Shown here piece by piece: positions 1 to 9,069 of a stretch of DNA of 61,598 nt. The notes below the pieces were generated by a model. That model was not told where the DNA came from, made no database searches, and saw only the letters and a list, made by a program, of their open reading frames with translations. Source of the DNA: a virus (lineage: Duplodnaviria > Caudoviricetes); the IMG/VR virus record IMGVR_UViG_3300042988_000221, positions 1-61,598 of that record. One strand, given 5' to 3'. Numbering within the stretch: position 1 is the stretch's first letter; each line of letters starts with the position of its first letter. The position numbers and the translations under genes were made by a program.

Positions 1-335
1 GAGAAGGTAACATAGTTACCACCAATCGTAACCAAATTTACATAATTAGATAACGCAATATTTGCACCTTCTAATACTGGCGTTTCGGACGGAAAGTTTT
101 GAATTGTAATTGGTAAATTAGGAAGTCCAGATTTCCAAATAGAAAGTTTTTCTGAATAAGTTCCTGATCGAACTTGTATGATATCACCAGCATTAACAAT
201 GGATATCGCTTTAGATATTGTTTTGTATGGTGAAACTAATGATCCATTAGATGAATCATTTCCAGTTGGCGAAACATAATAAGTTGTTGCATTTACATTA
301 AATGCTAATACAAAAAGCAATAAAATTCTAAACAT
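1..335 (-). CDS. Secreted right-handed beta-helix (pectate lyase-like/DUF1565) protein, runs off window edge
   Basis: Not in ORF track. Manual translation from ATG 335: MFRILLLFVLAFNVNA|TTYYVSPTGNDSSNGSLVSPYKTISKAISIVNAGDIIQVRSGTYSE. Signal peptide-like start, GGGGA RBS, similar to N-terminus of 44060..46675. Confidence 0.8.
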   Translation of the reverse strand, partial: MFRILLLFVLAFNVNATTYYVSPTGNDSSNGSLVSPYKTISKAISIVNAGDIIQVRSGTYSEKLSIWKSGLPNLPITIQNFPSETPVLEGANIALSNYVNLVTIGGNYVTF

Positions 336-403
336 GTGATATTCCCCGTAGTTATGTCACATGTATTTATGATTTTATCTTTAAACTTTTTGTGATTCGG
401 TTC

Positions 404-556
404 TCATTTTAAGAGATCGGTTGGTTGTTTAGTTTTTGCTGGGTCGTCTATTGCTGTTGTCGAATCAGGCGGCATTGTTATCCCAACACTAAGACCAAAA
501 CCTACAACAGCAGAAATTATAAGAATGATTAAGGTTCTCATTAAGCATTGATACAT
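404..556 (-). CDS. Small membrane-anchored hypothetical protein (50 aa)
   Basis: Manual ORF MYQCLMRTLIILIISAVVGFGLSVG..., AGGAG RBS. Confidence 0.55.
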   Translation of the reverse strand: MYQCLMRTLIILIISAVVGFGLSVGITMPPDSTTAIDDPAKTKQPTDLLK

Positions 557-636
557 ATGGTTCTCCTAATTGTTATATTTTAAATGGTTCAAAACTTATA
601 CTATAATCTATCCATTCATAAATCTTAATTCTATTT

Positions 637-795
637 TCATTTTATTCTAACACCTCTTAGTTGTCCACAATGTTTACACCATTGAGTTCCGATTATTGTT
701 CTTTTACGGTTAGGTATATACCATTCCCATTTATGAAGTTCATTTCTGCATAAAAATTTTCTAATTGGTGATAGAAGACTTTTGACAATATTCAT
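637..795 (-). CDS. Small putative Zn-binding protein (52 aa)
   Basis: Manual ORF with C-x4-H...CKHC. Confidence 0.5.
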   Translation of the reverse strand: MNIVKSLLSPIRKFLCRNELHKWEWYIPNRKRTIIGTQWCKHCGQLRGVRIK

Positions 796-816
796 ATTAA
801 TGCTTCGTAATGTGTG

Positions 817-1014
817 CTATCCACGCTGCCACTCCATTTCTTTTTGGAATGTTGCAAATTGTTCTAATGTAATTGGTAGTGCGTAGATTAGATACCAATT
901 TGGGTTTTCTTGTACGACCTTTACTGGATGTTTGTCGTATACATCTGTTTCATATCTATCTTGATTATATTTCTTTAGAGTGATTAACCAGTATTCGTTA
1001 TTTGCGTTTAACAT
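817..1014 (-). CDS. Hypothetical protein
   Basis: ORF track, GAGGA RBS, packed operon. Confidence 0.6.
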   Translation of the reverse strand: MLNANNEYWLITLKKYNQDRYETDVYDKHPVKVVQENPNWYLIYALPITLEQFATFQKEMEWQRG

Positions 1015-1172
1015 AAAGATTCCTCTTTATCACATTTCTTTGAATAAATTTTATTTACGTCGTTACCCATTTGTTTTGCGCTAATTATTGCTGCCTGTTC
1101 AATAGCATATATAAATTCTTGTTCATGCTTTTTGAATGTGGTATAAAGTTTTGATTTATCTGTAGTTTTCAT
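1008..1172 (-). CDS. Hypothetical protein (54 aa)
   Basis: Manual ORF MKTTDKSKLY..., ATGA overlap with upstream gene. Confidence 0.5.
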   Translation of the reverse strand: MKTTDKSKLYTTFKKHEQEFIYAIEQAAIISAKQMGNDVNKIYSKKCDKEESLC

Positions 1173-1507
1173 AATGATTCCTCTATTTCGTTTAATAAAT
1201 CTTGTGGAACGTAATATCCTAGTTTATTCAGTTCTAGGATACGTTTATACATATCTTGTTCAGTTTCTTCGATGAAAGTTTCACCGGCATATGGGAGATT
1301 GATTTCTTCATATTCACATTCTGATAATAGATCATTTAGGATATAGTTATTATCAATGATATCTTGAATAGATGAAGTTACTGGTTTTAGTAATGATCTA
1401 TCTATAATTGCTTTACGGGCAGCAATATGGATAACGAAGCCTTCATCTGATTCATAGCAATATAGGTGTGATCTAAAGTGATCTGATGAAAATCTACAAT
1501 AGGACAT
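1169..1507 (-). CDS. Hypothetical phage protein (MSYCRFSS type)
   Basis: ORF track; start and LGYYVP end resemble a recurrent phage hypothetical family. Confidence 0.7.
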   Translation of the reverse strand: MSYCRFSSDHFRSHLYCYESDEGFVIHIAARKAIIDRSLLKPVTSSIQDIIDNNYILNDLLSECEYEEINLPYAGETFIEETEQDMYKRILELNKLGYYVPQDLLNEIEESL

Positions 1508-1512
1508 ATTGA

Positions 1513-1698
1513 TTACTCGATTTCTTTTATAGCGTTTTTTGTATTAATGCTATATTCACATAACACTAATATTAATTCTGCAAATAACATTGGCAATAAT
1601 AACGCAACAACCCATAATATATAAACTAGAATTCTAATTGATTTTGGTGCAGATCCTTTTTGTATCCACAATCCAAATTTATAAATTAAATTTTTCAT
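1513..1698 (-). CDS. Small membrane protein
   Basis: Long hydrophobic stretch. Confidence 0.6.
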   Translation of the reverse strand: MKNLIYKFGLWIQKGSAPKSIRILVYILWVVALLLPMLFAELILVLCEYSINTKNAIKEIE

Positions 1699-1699
1699 A

Positions 1700-1876
1700 T
1701 TAATCTCTTATGAACGAATGACTTTTAATTGCTAACAACATTACTAGTAACCATAATGAATGAAACGAATGACTTTCTTTATACAAAGAAACAATTCCCC
1801 AAGCACAGGAGATTATTAATGTCATATTGTAAATGAGTATTATTCCACTAATAATTATTTCTGGTGTATATTTCAT
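1700..1876 (-). CDS. Small membrane protein (start revised to MKYTPEII)
   Basis: Two hydrophobic segments; revised start removes overlap with 1878..2075. Confidence 0.55.
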   Translation of the reverse strand: MKYTPEIIISGIILIYNMTLIISCAWGIVSLYKESHSFHSLWLLVMLLAIKSHSFIRD

Positions 1877-1877
1877 A

Positions 1878-2075
1878 TTAATTTCTAAGTTTGTCTTTAA
1901 ATGCGTATATTTGAACATTTGCTTCAACTTGTGAATAAATTCCAAATTCCGTTTCAAGAATACTTCTTCTAGTTCCTGCCGGAAGTTTTCTTTCAATCGA
2001 TTTTAGTTGACAACCGTACCAACCACACCAAGTATATTGGTTTCCATTAATAACAAAAATTACTTTATCAATCAT
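1878..2075 (-). CDS. Hypothetical protein
   Basis: ORF track, abuts neighbours. Confidence 0.55.
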   Translation of the reverse strand: MIDKVIFVINGNQYTWCGWYGCQLKSIERKLPAGTRRSILETEFGIYSQVEANVQIYAFKDKLRN

Positions 2076-2260
2076 TATTCTGCTCTTACAAAATGTTCTT
2101 TAGGAACTGGAACCCAGAATCTTGAAAATACAATAACATTTTTATCATCTGTTGGCACAGTTGTTGTATAGAATTTTCCTTGCTCTGCTTTGAAATAATC
2201 ACCATTTACTGCTTCAATTTCATAACTTTTAATACACAATTGTTCAGTAATATCAACCAT
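2075..2260 (-). CDS. Hypothetical protein
   Basis: ORF track, AGGAG RBS. Confidence 0.65.
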   Translation of the reverse strand: MVDITEQLCIKSYEIEAVNGDYFKAEQGKFYTTTVPTDDKNVIVFSRFWVPVPKEHFVRAE

Positions 2261-2274
2261 TATAATTCTCCTAT

Positions 2275-2460
2275 TTATAGATATGGTACAATTAAATTTT
2301 CCGATGAAAATTGTATTTTCATAACTTCAATATTGCATGTTGGATATTGAAATTCCAATTTTTCTAAAATACGTTTATTTGGTTTATTTTTAAAGAACAT
2401 ATTAACTTTCTTTATTGGAATCGATTCGCCATAATCTAAATAAATAGATACTCTATACAT
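2275..2460 (-). CDS. Hypothetical protein
   Basis: ORF track, packed operon. Confidence 0.55.
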   Translation of the reverse strand: MYRVSIYLDYGESIPIKKVNMFFKNKPNKRILEKLEFQYPTCNIEVMKIQFSSENLIVPYL

Positions 2461-2468
2461 ATAACCAC

Positions 2469-2843
2469 CTATTCATCATATCCTCTAATTTTATCCCAAT
2501 CATATAATGCCATCTCACTTTTATAAGTATCATTATTTTTCAATCCTTCAATTAAGATTGAGACAGCATGATTCAAATTCGGATAACGAAGTAAAAGATC
2601 ATCTATTTTTGGTTCTCTTGTAATTTCTCTAACAACAGATAATTCTAATTCAACACATCGGTATCCAATTGCTTGATATGCTTGTTCTGCGGAGTATAAA
2701 TCAAACTTCAGCAGTTTATTTTCATCAAGTTTATCTGCAACTCTAAAGAATTGTTGCCAAGAATTCCATTCAGAATCAGTAATCCACCAAATATATGATG
2801 GTTGTGTTGGCGTTTCTGGAGTTTTAATACCAAAGTATTTCAT
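2469..2843 (-). CDS. Hypothetical protein
   Basis: ORF track, ATGA overlap. Confidence 0.65.
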   Translation of the reverse strand: MKYFGIKTPETPTQPSYIWWITDSEWNSWQQFFRVADKLDENKLLKFDLYSAEQAYQAIGYRCVELELSVVREITREPKIDDLLLRYPNLNHAVSILIEGLKNNDTYKSEMALYDWDKIRGYDE

Positions 2844-3127
2844 GATAACAGATCTCTTACAAAAATAATTGAAAATATCATTAACGAAATAATATTAAAT
2901 GTTATAAAACATATTGCTATTACATCTTTTACTTCCATATTACCGTCATAAAATACAAACTTAAAATAAGATTCTTCACTTTGTCTAAACCATCTAATAG
3001 AATTAATGATATACCATAATATAAATGGTAAATTTATACCAATCATTATAGACAATAAGTCTTTATATGTTGGCATTCCTGTGGAATGTACAAACATAGG
3101 AGTCATAATAGGAATAATTGTAGTCAT
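2840..3127 (-). CDS. Membrane protein (2 TM)
   Basis: Two hydrophobic helices. Confidence 0.6.
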   Translation of the reverse strand: MTTIIPIMTPMFVHSTGMPTYKDLLSIMIGINLPFILWYIINSIRWFRQSEESYFKFVFYDGNMEVKDVIAICFITFNIISLMIFSIIFVRDLLS

Positions 3128-3323
3128 TTTATAGTTTCCTTGATCACATCCGCAACCTGTAGCGCAGTGCCGTCTAGCCCAGCCAATCCGATCGCTATGT
3201 CTTCACATTCCTCGCGGGCATGACGATCGGATTCTTCCCATACTTTTTTGCAAATGCTTTATCAATTCCAATAGCCGAACCAGGACCGATATAATTTTGA
3301 TTCCACCATTCTTCAAATGTCAT
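3124..3323 (-). CDS. Hypothetical protein split by a -1 frameshift at A AAA AAG
   Basis: MTFEEWWNQ...KAFAK continues in the -1 frame as KVWEESDRHAREECEDIAIG...KETIK*, ending in an ATGA overlap with the next gene. Confidence 0.5.
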
Positions 3324-3539
3324 TTAATTAACCTCAACATATGTATTTCGAATTTCTGTGTGAATTCTATCATACTCTTCTTTACTTGTCAACATCCCAG
3401 ATTTAAATCCAGCAATAAAAGCATCGTGCATGGCATATAACGTATCTTCTTCAAAATTTTCTAGAATAAATTCTCGCCACGTTGTATCTGATCGATTCAT
3501 ATAAGAATCTAACCATTTTTCAAAATTTTCATCATTCAT
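3324..3539 (-). CDS. Hypothetical protein (start revised to MNDENFEKWL)
   Basis: GGAG RBS; FEKW...AFIAG pattern common in small phage proteins. Confidence 0.6.
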   Translation of the reverse strand: MNDENFEKWLDSYMNRSDTTWREFILENFEEDTLYAMHDAFIAGFKSGMLTSKEEYDRIHTEIRNTYVEVN

Positions 3540-3552
3540 ACCAACGCTCCGC

Positions 3553-3756
3553 TCAAGTATCCTGTTCCATAATTGTAACATCCATACCTTTAATTTTAGA
3601 TATGATTTCTTCGTCTGTAAGTAATGGTTTATCTTTCAGATGAAAATCTTGTGTATAAACATTTACCCCATGCGATTCCAAATATCTTTTAATGAAAGCA
3701 ATAAGATATGACTTTTTAGAATGATGATGCCCTTGTACGGTAATTAAAATATTCAT
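3553..3756 (-). CDS. Hypothetical protein with degenerate P-loop-like start
   Basis: ITVQGHHHSKKS. Confidence 0.55.
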   Translation of the reverse strand: MNILITVQGHHHSKKSYLIAFIKRYLESHGVNVYTQDFHLKDKPLLTDEEIISKIKGMDVTIMEQDT

Positions 3757-3887
3757 TTAAATTTCCCCGTCACTTTAATAGAACGCTGAATTTCTTTAAT
3801 AGAATCCTTAATCTGTCTAAGATAGTCTACTCCAACCCAAATATTGATTACAGTGATAATTAAAACTGTAGTATAAAATATATTCAT
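3753..3887 (-). CDS. Small membrane protein (44 aa)
   Basis: Manual ORF MNIFYTTVLIITVINIWVG..., overlaps both neighbours. Confidence 0.5.
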   Translation of the reverse strand: MNIFYTTVLIITVINIWVGVDYLRQIKDSIKEIQRSIKVTGKFK

Positions 3888-4213
3888 TACCAAAGATCCT
3901 CTGAAAATAAAGATGGTGGAGTTTTTAAAATATAACCAGTTTGTTCTGCCAATACTGCTCCATCTGATCTATTAACGAATTCACCATTGAAAATGAATCC
4001 TTGGGTATCTTTATGTTCATAAGTATTGATACCCAATTCAGATAACTTTTTAATAATATGGTGATGTCTATATGGTTTAGGTAATGTATAGATCAAATCG
4101 TTAATTTTAATTGCTACATGTGTAAACCCATTGGAAATACGATAAGGACAATCAGATGGGATTGATTCACATCTAGTTCCGGGTGGCGTAATACAATCAA
4201 TACACTTATCCAT
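3887..4213 (-). CDS. Conserved hypothetical phage protein
   Basis: RHH...QGF...FVNR...LFSEDLW pattern, AGGAG RBS. Confidence 0.7.
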   Translation of the reverse strand: MDKCIDCITPPGTRCESIPSDCPYRISNGFTHVAIKINDLIYTLPKPYRHHHIIKKLSELGINTYEHKDTQGFIFNGEFVNRSDGAVLAEQTGYILKTPPSLFSEDLW

Positions 4214-4225
4214 TAAAATCTCCTG

Positions 4226-4534
4226 TTAAGTATTACGTGGACGACCCGGTGATTTACGTTGATTAACAATATTCAACAATGTGTTTGTATCAATATTTAC
4301 TGGTTGCACATTTTCATTACCTTGTGATACGGATTCTTGTAGTAATGGGATTTGAAGAACCGATAATTCCACTTGCTCATTAATTTTCTTTACAACATTT
4401 TCATACTTTTCCTTTACAGAAAGATGTGATGTATTAAAAAATATAATTGAGCCAGTTGGACGTGGTTCAATATAAGTTACGTTGTCAACATTGATAAATT
4501 TCTTGACACCTTCAGATTCAATTTCTATAAACAT
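4226..4534 (-). CDS. Hypothetical protein, FlbD-like N-terminus, C-terminal GRPR (AT-hook-like)
   Basis: FINVDNVTYIE...VKEKYENV; ends KSPGRPRNT. Confidence 0.5.
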   Translation of the reverse strand: MFIEIESEGVKKFINVDNVTYIEPRPTGSIIFFNTSHLSVKEKYENVVKKINEQVELSVLQIPLLQESVSQGNENVQPVNIDTNTLLNIVNQRKSPGRPRNT

Positions 4535-4543
4535 AGATTACCT

Positions 4544-4720
4544 CTACTTTAAGTTTTTACGACGATTCTCATAATCAGGATGATCTTCATTATTACATCC
4601 GACTTTGATTGCCCATTGTGTGAATTTGTTTTTAAGAGTTACTAATCCGCACTTGCTACAATATTTATAGTTCAAAATATGGAAGTCAAATGAATGTGGT
4701 TCATAACTATACTTGTTCAT
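4544..4720 (-). CDS. Small CxxC protein (58 aa)
   Basis: Manual ORF MNKYSYEPHSF...YCSKCGL. Confidence 0.55.
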   Translation of the reverse strand: MNKYSYEPHSFDFHILNYKYCSKCGLVTLKNKFTQWAIKVGCNNEDHPDYENRRKNLK

Positions 4721-4943
4721 CGTGTTTAATTTCTTCTAGATGGACTCGTACACCTTCTAATGGATAAAATTGAACTCCTCCCCATTCAAAATCTTCCGTC
4801 ATCAAACCATTTAAATCTCTCTTTGCTGGAAATGATACATATGCTCCCAAATATACCCCAACATCTTCTTCAAAATATTTCAACAACTTACCAATCTCTT
4901 CTAGCAACTTTTCCTTTTGTTCTTCATCAATTTCAATTTTCAT
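4707..4943 (-). CDS. Hypothetical protein
   Basis: ORF track, AGGA RBS. Confidence 0.6.
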   Translation of the reverse strand: MKIEIDEEQKEKLLEEIGKLLKYFEEDVGVYLGAYVSFPAKRDLNGLMTEDFEWGGVQFYPLEGVRVHLEEIKHDEQV

Positions 4944-4952
4944 ATTAAATTC

Positions 4953-5192
4953 CTAATTTAATGGATATAACACCACACAATTTACAGCATTTTCTGGTGG
5001 AAAATCTTCATCATCCTCATAATCTTCTTCATTTAACACTTCTCCAGAATAAGAAGTATCTGGTACATACCATAATTCATTTTCCACATCGGAAAGTGGT
5101 GAATATCCATTTCCTTCAGCATCCTTTTGTAGAATAACATCTGCATCTTGATTACAAAACTGTAATGATTTAATTAAGTCTTTTACTTTCAT
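4953..5192 (-). CDS. Conserved hypothetical phage protein
   Basis: MKVKDLI...DAEGNGYSPL...VVLYP pattern. Confidence 0.7.
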   Translation of the reverse strand: MKVKDLIKSLQFCNQDADVILQKDAEGNGYSPLSDVENELWYVPDTSYSGEVLNEEDYEDDEDFPPENAVNCVVLYPLN

Positions 5193-5497
5193 ATTCTCAC
5201 CAATTTGTTTTGATCGTTTAATGTATAATAAAACTCATTGATAGCAATCGAATAAGATCTAGAATCTTCATGTAATTCTAGTATCTCTTCAATGATTCTC
5301 ATATTAGATAACTTTTCTTTTGCTGCGTCAATATTAACCTTTTTCCAATATCCAGAAGTATTGATTAATAGTAATATGTGTAACTTTAAATTCCCCTCTA
5401 TTATCCACACTTTTGGATTCTTTTTAGATTGTTTAAATCCAGCCCGATGATACATTTTTGTGGTTTCATCAAATACCTTATAAGATTTGGTGATCAT
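5189..5497 (-). CDS. Hypothetical protein
   Basis: ORF track, ATGA overlaps. Confidence 0.6.
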   Translation of the reverse strand: MITKSYKVFDETTKMYHRAGFKQSKKNPKVWIIEGNLKLHILLLINTSGYWKKVNIDAAKEKLSNMRIIEEILELHEDSRSYSIAINEFYYTLNDQNKLVRI

Positions 5498-5910
5498 TCG
5501 CCCAATTCCTCTTTCAATTTCTCAAGTTGTTTCTTCTTGCGTTCTAGATCCTTTTGTTTCTTTAATTCGGCCTGCTTCTGTTTTTCAAACTCTTTATTCC
5601 TTTCATATTCTTCGCGGGCCAATCTTTTTTCTTCCAAAAATTTAACAAAATCTGGTTCTTCGAATAAAACATCCGGTGTAAAATTTGTTACTTGTTCTAA
5701 AATTACATATTGAAAACTATTTGTTGTCATTTTGAATTTATTATATTCTCCTATTTCATATACTAATTTTTCAAAATCTTCTTCAGTATAATGTTTAAAC
5801 TCAACTTGTGGAATCATTCTGTCTGATTTAAATAAAAGAACATTATTGTTACCAACAAATTCGTCATATGAATTAAATGCCCACATTTTATACACAGCTA
5901 CTGTTCTCAT
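5494..5910 (-). CDS. Hypothetical protein with C-terminal coiled coil
   Basis: K/E-rich heptads. Confidence 0.65.
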   Translation of the reverse strand: MRTVAVYKMWAFNSYDEFVGNNNVLLFKSDRMIPQVEFKHYTEEDFEKLVYEIGEYNKFKMTTNSFQYVILEQVTNFTPDVLFEEPDFVKFLEEKRLAREEYERNKEFEKQKQAELKKQKDLERKKKQLEKLKEELGE

Positions 5911-6794
5911 ACCAATACCTCTTCAAAAAATGTTCGGATGTATTGTAACCGATCTTGTTCAGAAATGCAAGAGAAATTTTTCATATCTTCTTTAACATGA
6001 TCGATCAGTCCAAAATACTCTTCATCAACTCTATTTTTAATATTACCCTTCATCAATTCCTCTAAATTGTTGCATCGAGCCAACAACTTTGATACCAAAT
6101 AATATGGTGATTTAATTTTAGTCATATCTCCATTTTTGGAATAGATAACGTATCCTTCATGTTTAATATGTTTTACATTTTCCTTAATGGTTTTAAACTT
6201 TGAGATATATGAATATGGAATAATTATTCCAGCATCTTCCATTCTATTATCTATTTTAGTATATAATCTTCCATCATTTCTATGTGCCAAATAATATGCT
6301 CCAACTTGTTCTTTAATAATATGGGGATCATTCTCATGTACTATTTCAAAGAATAATGTATCACCATTATCTAATCGTTCATTGATATAATCTTGATCTA
6401 AGGTATTGATCATATATCGTGCCATATCACAAAATTCAGAATCTAGGCTACCAGTAGTAGAGATTAACATTTCATTCTTATATTGTGATACTGCACAAAA
6501 GAATCCATTAACTTTCTTTACTGCTAATACTACTTCTTCACCAGAAATTCTTGGTGCTTTTGCTTCTATTCCATAATTAAAGATTTTGGGTAATGGTTCA
6601 GTAATGATATTGTAATTTTCATCTACTACTAATCCACGACATAACATAGTATACTTATTCCATATGTTCTTATAGAAACATTTTCTATTATACTTGAGTA
6701 CATATAACTCTGGATATCTGACTGATTGCTTTCTTTTAATCAAACCAGGATTTTGTTCAACATATGTCTTCAGTTCATTCATGACAATCACCAT
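5907..6794 (-). CDS. rnlA: T4 Rnl1-family RNA ligase
   Basis: CRGLVVD, adenylation motif KVNG, FEIV, EGYVI, KIKSPYY. Confidence 0.85.
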   Translation of the reverse strand: MVIVMNELKTYVEQNPGLIKRKQSVRYPELYVLKYNRKCFYKNIWNKYTMLCRGLVVDENYNIITEPLPKIFNYGIEAKAPRISGEEVVLAVKKVNGFFCAVSQYKNEMLISTTGSLDSEFCDMARYMINTLDQDYINERLDNGDTLFFEIVHENDPHIIKEQVGAYYLAHRNDGRLYTKIDNRMEDAGIIIPYSYISKFKTIKENVKHIKHEGYVIYSKNGDMTKIKSPYYLVSKLLARCNNLEELMKGNIKNRVDEEYFGLIDHVKEDMKNFSCISEQDRLQYIRTFFEEVLV

Positions 6795-6880
6795 TAGTTA
6801 CTAGAAACTTTACTAAACTTAAGATATAAATAAGTTCAAGAAGTATTTATTTCTTTTTATCATCAAAGGGAGACGTACTT

Positions 6881-6909
6881 ATTGTACTCTCTAAAAAACA
6901 CCGTGTCAA
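6881..6909 (-). promoter_or_regulatory. Sigma70-type early promoter for the leftward operon
   Basis: Minus strand TTGACA-17 nt-TACAAT with A-rich UP-like tract. Confidence 0.8.
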
Positions 6910-6943
6910 GTCTTTTTTTCACATTTCACAATAAAACTTTCTT

Positions 6944-7339
6944 ATGAAAACAATAGATATCAATAAAATAAACTTATACAAGAAATTTGTGACCAGGAAT
7001 CATATGGTTGCAAAATTATTATCACATGTTCCCGAGACAGCATCAAATCAAAGGTTGATTTTTCTTGTCAGTGGGAATATAGTTACAACCAATGAAGAAG
7101 GAAAGTGTACAACAGTCAATTCTAAAGGACCAGAATATTTTGACACCAACTATTCTTCATTTGATGTCTTTTATGATGATATAGAAGAAGGGTGGGTGAA
7201 CATGAAAAAAAGTGTTGACAAGGATGGAAAACCTGTGTATACTGTTTCCTCAGTGATCCATCCAGACATTGAGACTGCCAAGAAACATGTTGAGAACGAT
7301 CATTTTAAAACCATTAGAATAGAGTGGAGTATCGAATGA
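6944..7339 (+). CDS. Hypothetical protein
   Basis: ORF track; TATAAATA at 6825-6832 upstream. Confidence 0.6.
   Translation: MKTIDINKINLYKKFVTRNHMVAKLLSHVPETASNQRLIFLVSGNIVTTNEEGKCTTVNSKGPEYFDTNYSSFDVFYDDIEEGWVNMKKSVDKDGKPVYTVSSVIHPDIETAKKHVENDHFKTIRIEWSIE
7215..7243 (+). promoter_or_regulatory. Sigma70-type early promoter for the rightward operon (inside upstream ORF)
   Basis: TTGACA-17 nt-TATACT, extended -10 TG, A-tract upstream. Confidence 0.75.
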
Positions 7340-7512
7340 AAGCACATAAGCATATTAGTATTTCTGGTGAAACCAAGGCAATTGCAATGACTTTACCTAA
7401 TAATGGTCAGAGTCGTGCTTATATTAAAGCCATGGAAGATGCTGAACAAACATATACCAAGAAACGTATTGAAGCATCCAAGAAAGTTAATAAGGATTTA
7501 TCAGATGAGTAA
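7336..7512 (+). CDS. Hypothetical protein (start MKAHK)
   Basis: GGAG RBS, ATGA overlap. Confidence 0.6.
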   Translation: MKAHKHISISGETKAIAMTLPNNGQSRAYIKAMEDAEQTYTKKRIEASKKVNKDLSDE

Positions 7513-7948
7513 TATGAAACATCTTAACGTTATCGTTGATCACTGTAATTATATTCCAGAATTACATGATGGTAAGTTTCCACAAATTGAACATTGTACA
7601 GTTATCTCTAAAGATAATTTCTTGAATGTTATTTTGAAAACTACCAAAGAAATCAATCAGTTAGTAGATGATATTGGATTTGATGATAATGGTCGATTTA
7701 TTTCATTAACATTTTATCAATGGCATCATAAGGTTAATGGGAACAAGATTAATATTGAAGACATATTAGATTCTGAAGAATATGATGATATTTATGAAAA
7801 TGTATCCACAGCGATAAAGATATATACTAAAACAACATATTTACCATTTGTGAATCAGACTGGTACAAAGATCGTAATTAATTTTGTTCCATATGATTTA
7901 GTTAATTTTGATGAAAAGAATTGTACCATGGTGCATTATAAGACATGA
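7505..7948 (+). CDS. Hypothetical protein (start revised to MSNMKHL)
   Basis: AAGGA RBS. Confidence 0.6.
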   Translation: MSNMKHLNVIVDHCNYIPELHDGKFPQIEHCTVISKDNFLNVILKTTKEINQLVDDIGFDDNGRFISLTFYQWHHKVNGNKINIEDILDSEEYDDIYENVSTAIKIYTKTTYLPFVNQTGTKIVINFVPYDLVNFDEKNCTMVHYKT

Positions 7949-8529
7949 ATACTTTTAAATTGAGTTCGTTATCTAAACGTATTGTTCCTGATATGGGAAG
8001 ATTTTTGTCATATCAGTTACTTAATGATGATGTATATTTTGCTGGTGGCGCGTTAAGAACTCTTATTGATAAAGATGACAAACTTATTGATTTTGATTTG
8101 TTTTTCAAATCGCGGGATGCATTAAATAATACAGCCAAACAATTAGAAAATCTGGATGCTAAAAATATATACAAGTGTCCAGAAGATAAGTTGTTTACAT
8201 ATAAATTGGATGAATTGAAAATTCAATTGATTGCAGAAGATTTTTATGTTAATGTAGATAACTTATTGAGTTCTTTTGATATTAATGCGTGTCGAGCATG
8301 TATTCATAAGGATTATCTTTATATTGATAACGTTACAATTAAAGATATTAAGAAGAAACGAATTACATTGCATCAAGTAGATTATCATGTGGCAACGTTC
8401 AATAGGATGTTGAAATATAAGAATAAGGGTTATTATTTGCCTAATGAAACTATTAAGATGTTTGTGGAAGATTGTTGGAAACGCGGATTTGGTAATATTC
8501 CTTTAGATACCAGAGTTTATATAGATTAA
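7945..8529 (+). CDS. Pol-beta-superfamily nucleotidyltransferase (CCA-adding/poly(A) polymerase head-like)
   Basis: AGGALR...DFDLFF, IQLI, FDINAC motifs. Confidence 0.75.
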   Translation: MNTFKLSSLSKRIVPDMGRFLSYQLLNDDVYFAGGALRTLIDKDDKLIDFDLFFKSRDALNNTAKQLENLDAKNIYKCPEDKLFTYKLDELKIQLIAEDFYVNVDNLLSSFDINACRACIHKDYLYIDNVTIKDIKKKRITLHQVDYHVATFNRMLKYKNKGYYLPNETIKMFVEDCWKRGFGNIPLDTRVYID

Positions 8530-8530
8530 T

Positions 8531-8665
8531 ATGTTAGAAATATTATTGATTATCTTTGTAATATTATTACTTATTGTTAATACATTATGGATCAAGGTAA
8601 TATTGGCAGTATGTATAATATTTTATTTGTTGTTACAAATGTTTGTTAATGGTCAATTTTCATGA
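8531..8665 (+). CDS. Small membrane protein (44 aa)
   Basis: Manual ORF, very hydrophobic, ATGA overlap. Confidence 0.5.
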   Translation: MLEILLIIFVILLLIVNTLWIKVILAVCIIFYLLLQMFVNGQFS

Positions 8666-9069
8666 ATAAATTAGTTCTTGTGCGTGGTTTACCTGGGTCT
8701 GGAAAAAGCACATTTGCAAAATCTATGCCAGACTTTTTGCATGTTGAAGCGGATATGTATTTTTGTAAGGATGGTGAATATAAATTTGATCCAAAACTAT
8801 TGGCAGATGCCCATGCATGGTGTCGATTAATTACTGAAGATGCATTACATAAAAAACTAGATGTAATTGTTACAAATACATTTACTCAGTTTTGGGAAAT
8901 TAGATCATATCTTGACATTGCATCACTTTATGGTATAATACCGTTCATTATTACAGTGCATAACCAATTTCAAAATGTTCATGGTGTTCCAGAAGAAAAA
9001 TTGGAGATTATGTATAATCGATTTGAATGGGATATTTCAGAGAAATTAAAGAAGTATTATGGGGGTTAA
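8662..9069 (+). CDS. P-loop kinase, polynucleotide-kinase/AAA_33-like
   Basis: RGLPGSGKST, EAD, AHAWC, NTF, HGVP...RFE. Confidence 0.8.
   Translation: MNKLVLVRGLPGSGKSTFAKSMPDFLHVEADMYFCKDGEYKFDPKLLADAHAWCRLITEDALHKKLDVIVTNTFTQFWEIRSYLDIASLYGIIPFIITVHNQFQNVHGVPEEKLEIMYNRFEWDISEKLKKYYGG

Noticed and set aside
573-640. Short ORF fragments MKIELR and YEWIDYSISFEPFKI
   Set aside because: Too short to support; at most a deletion remnant
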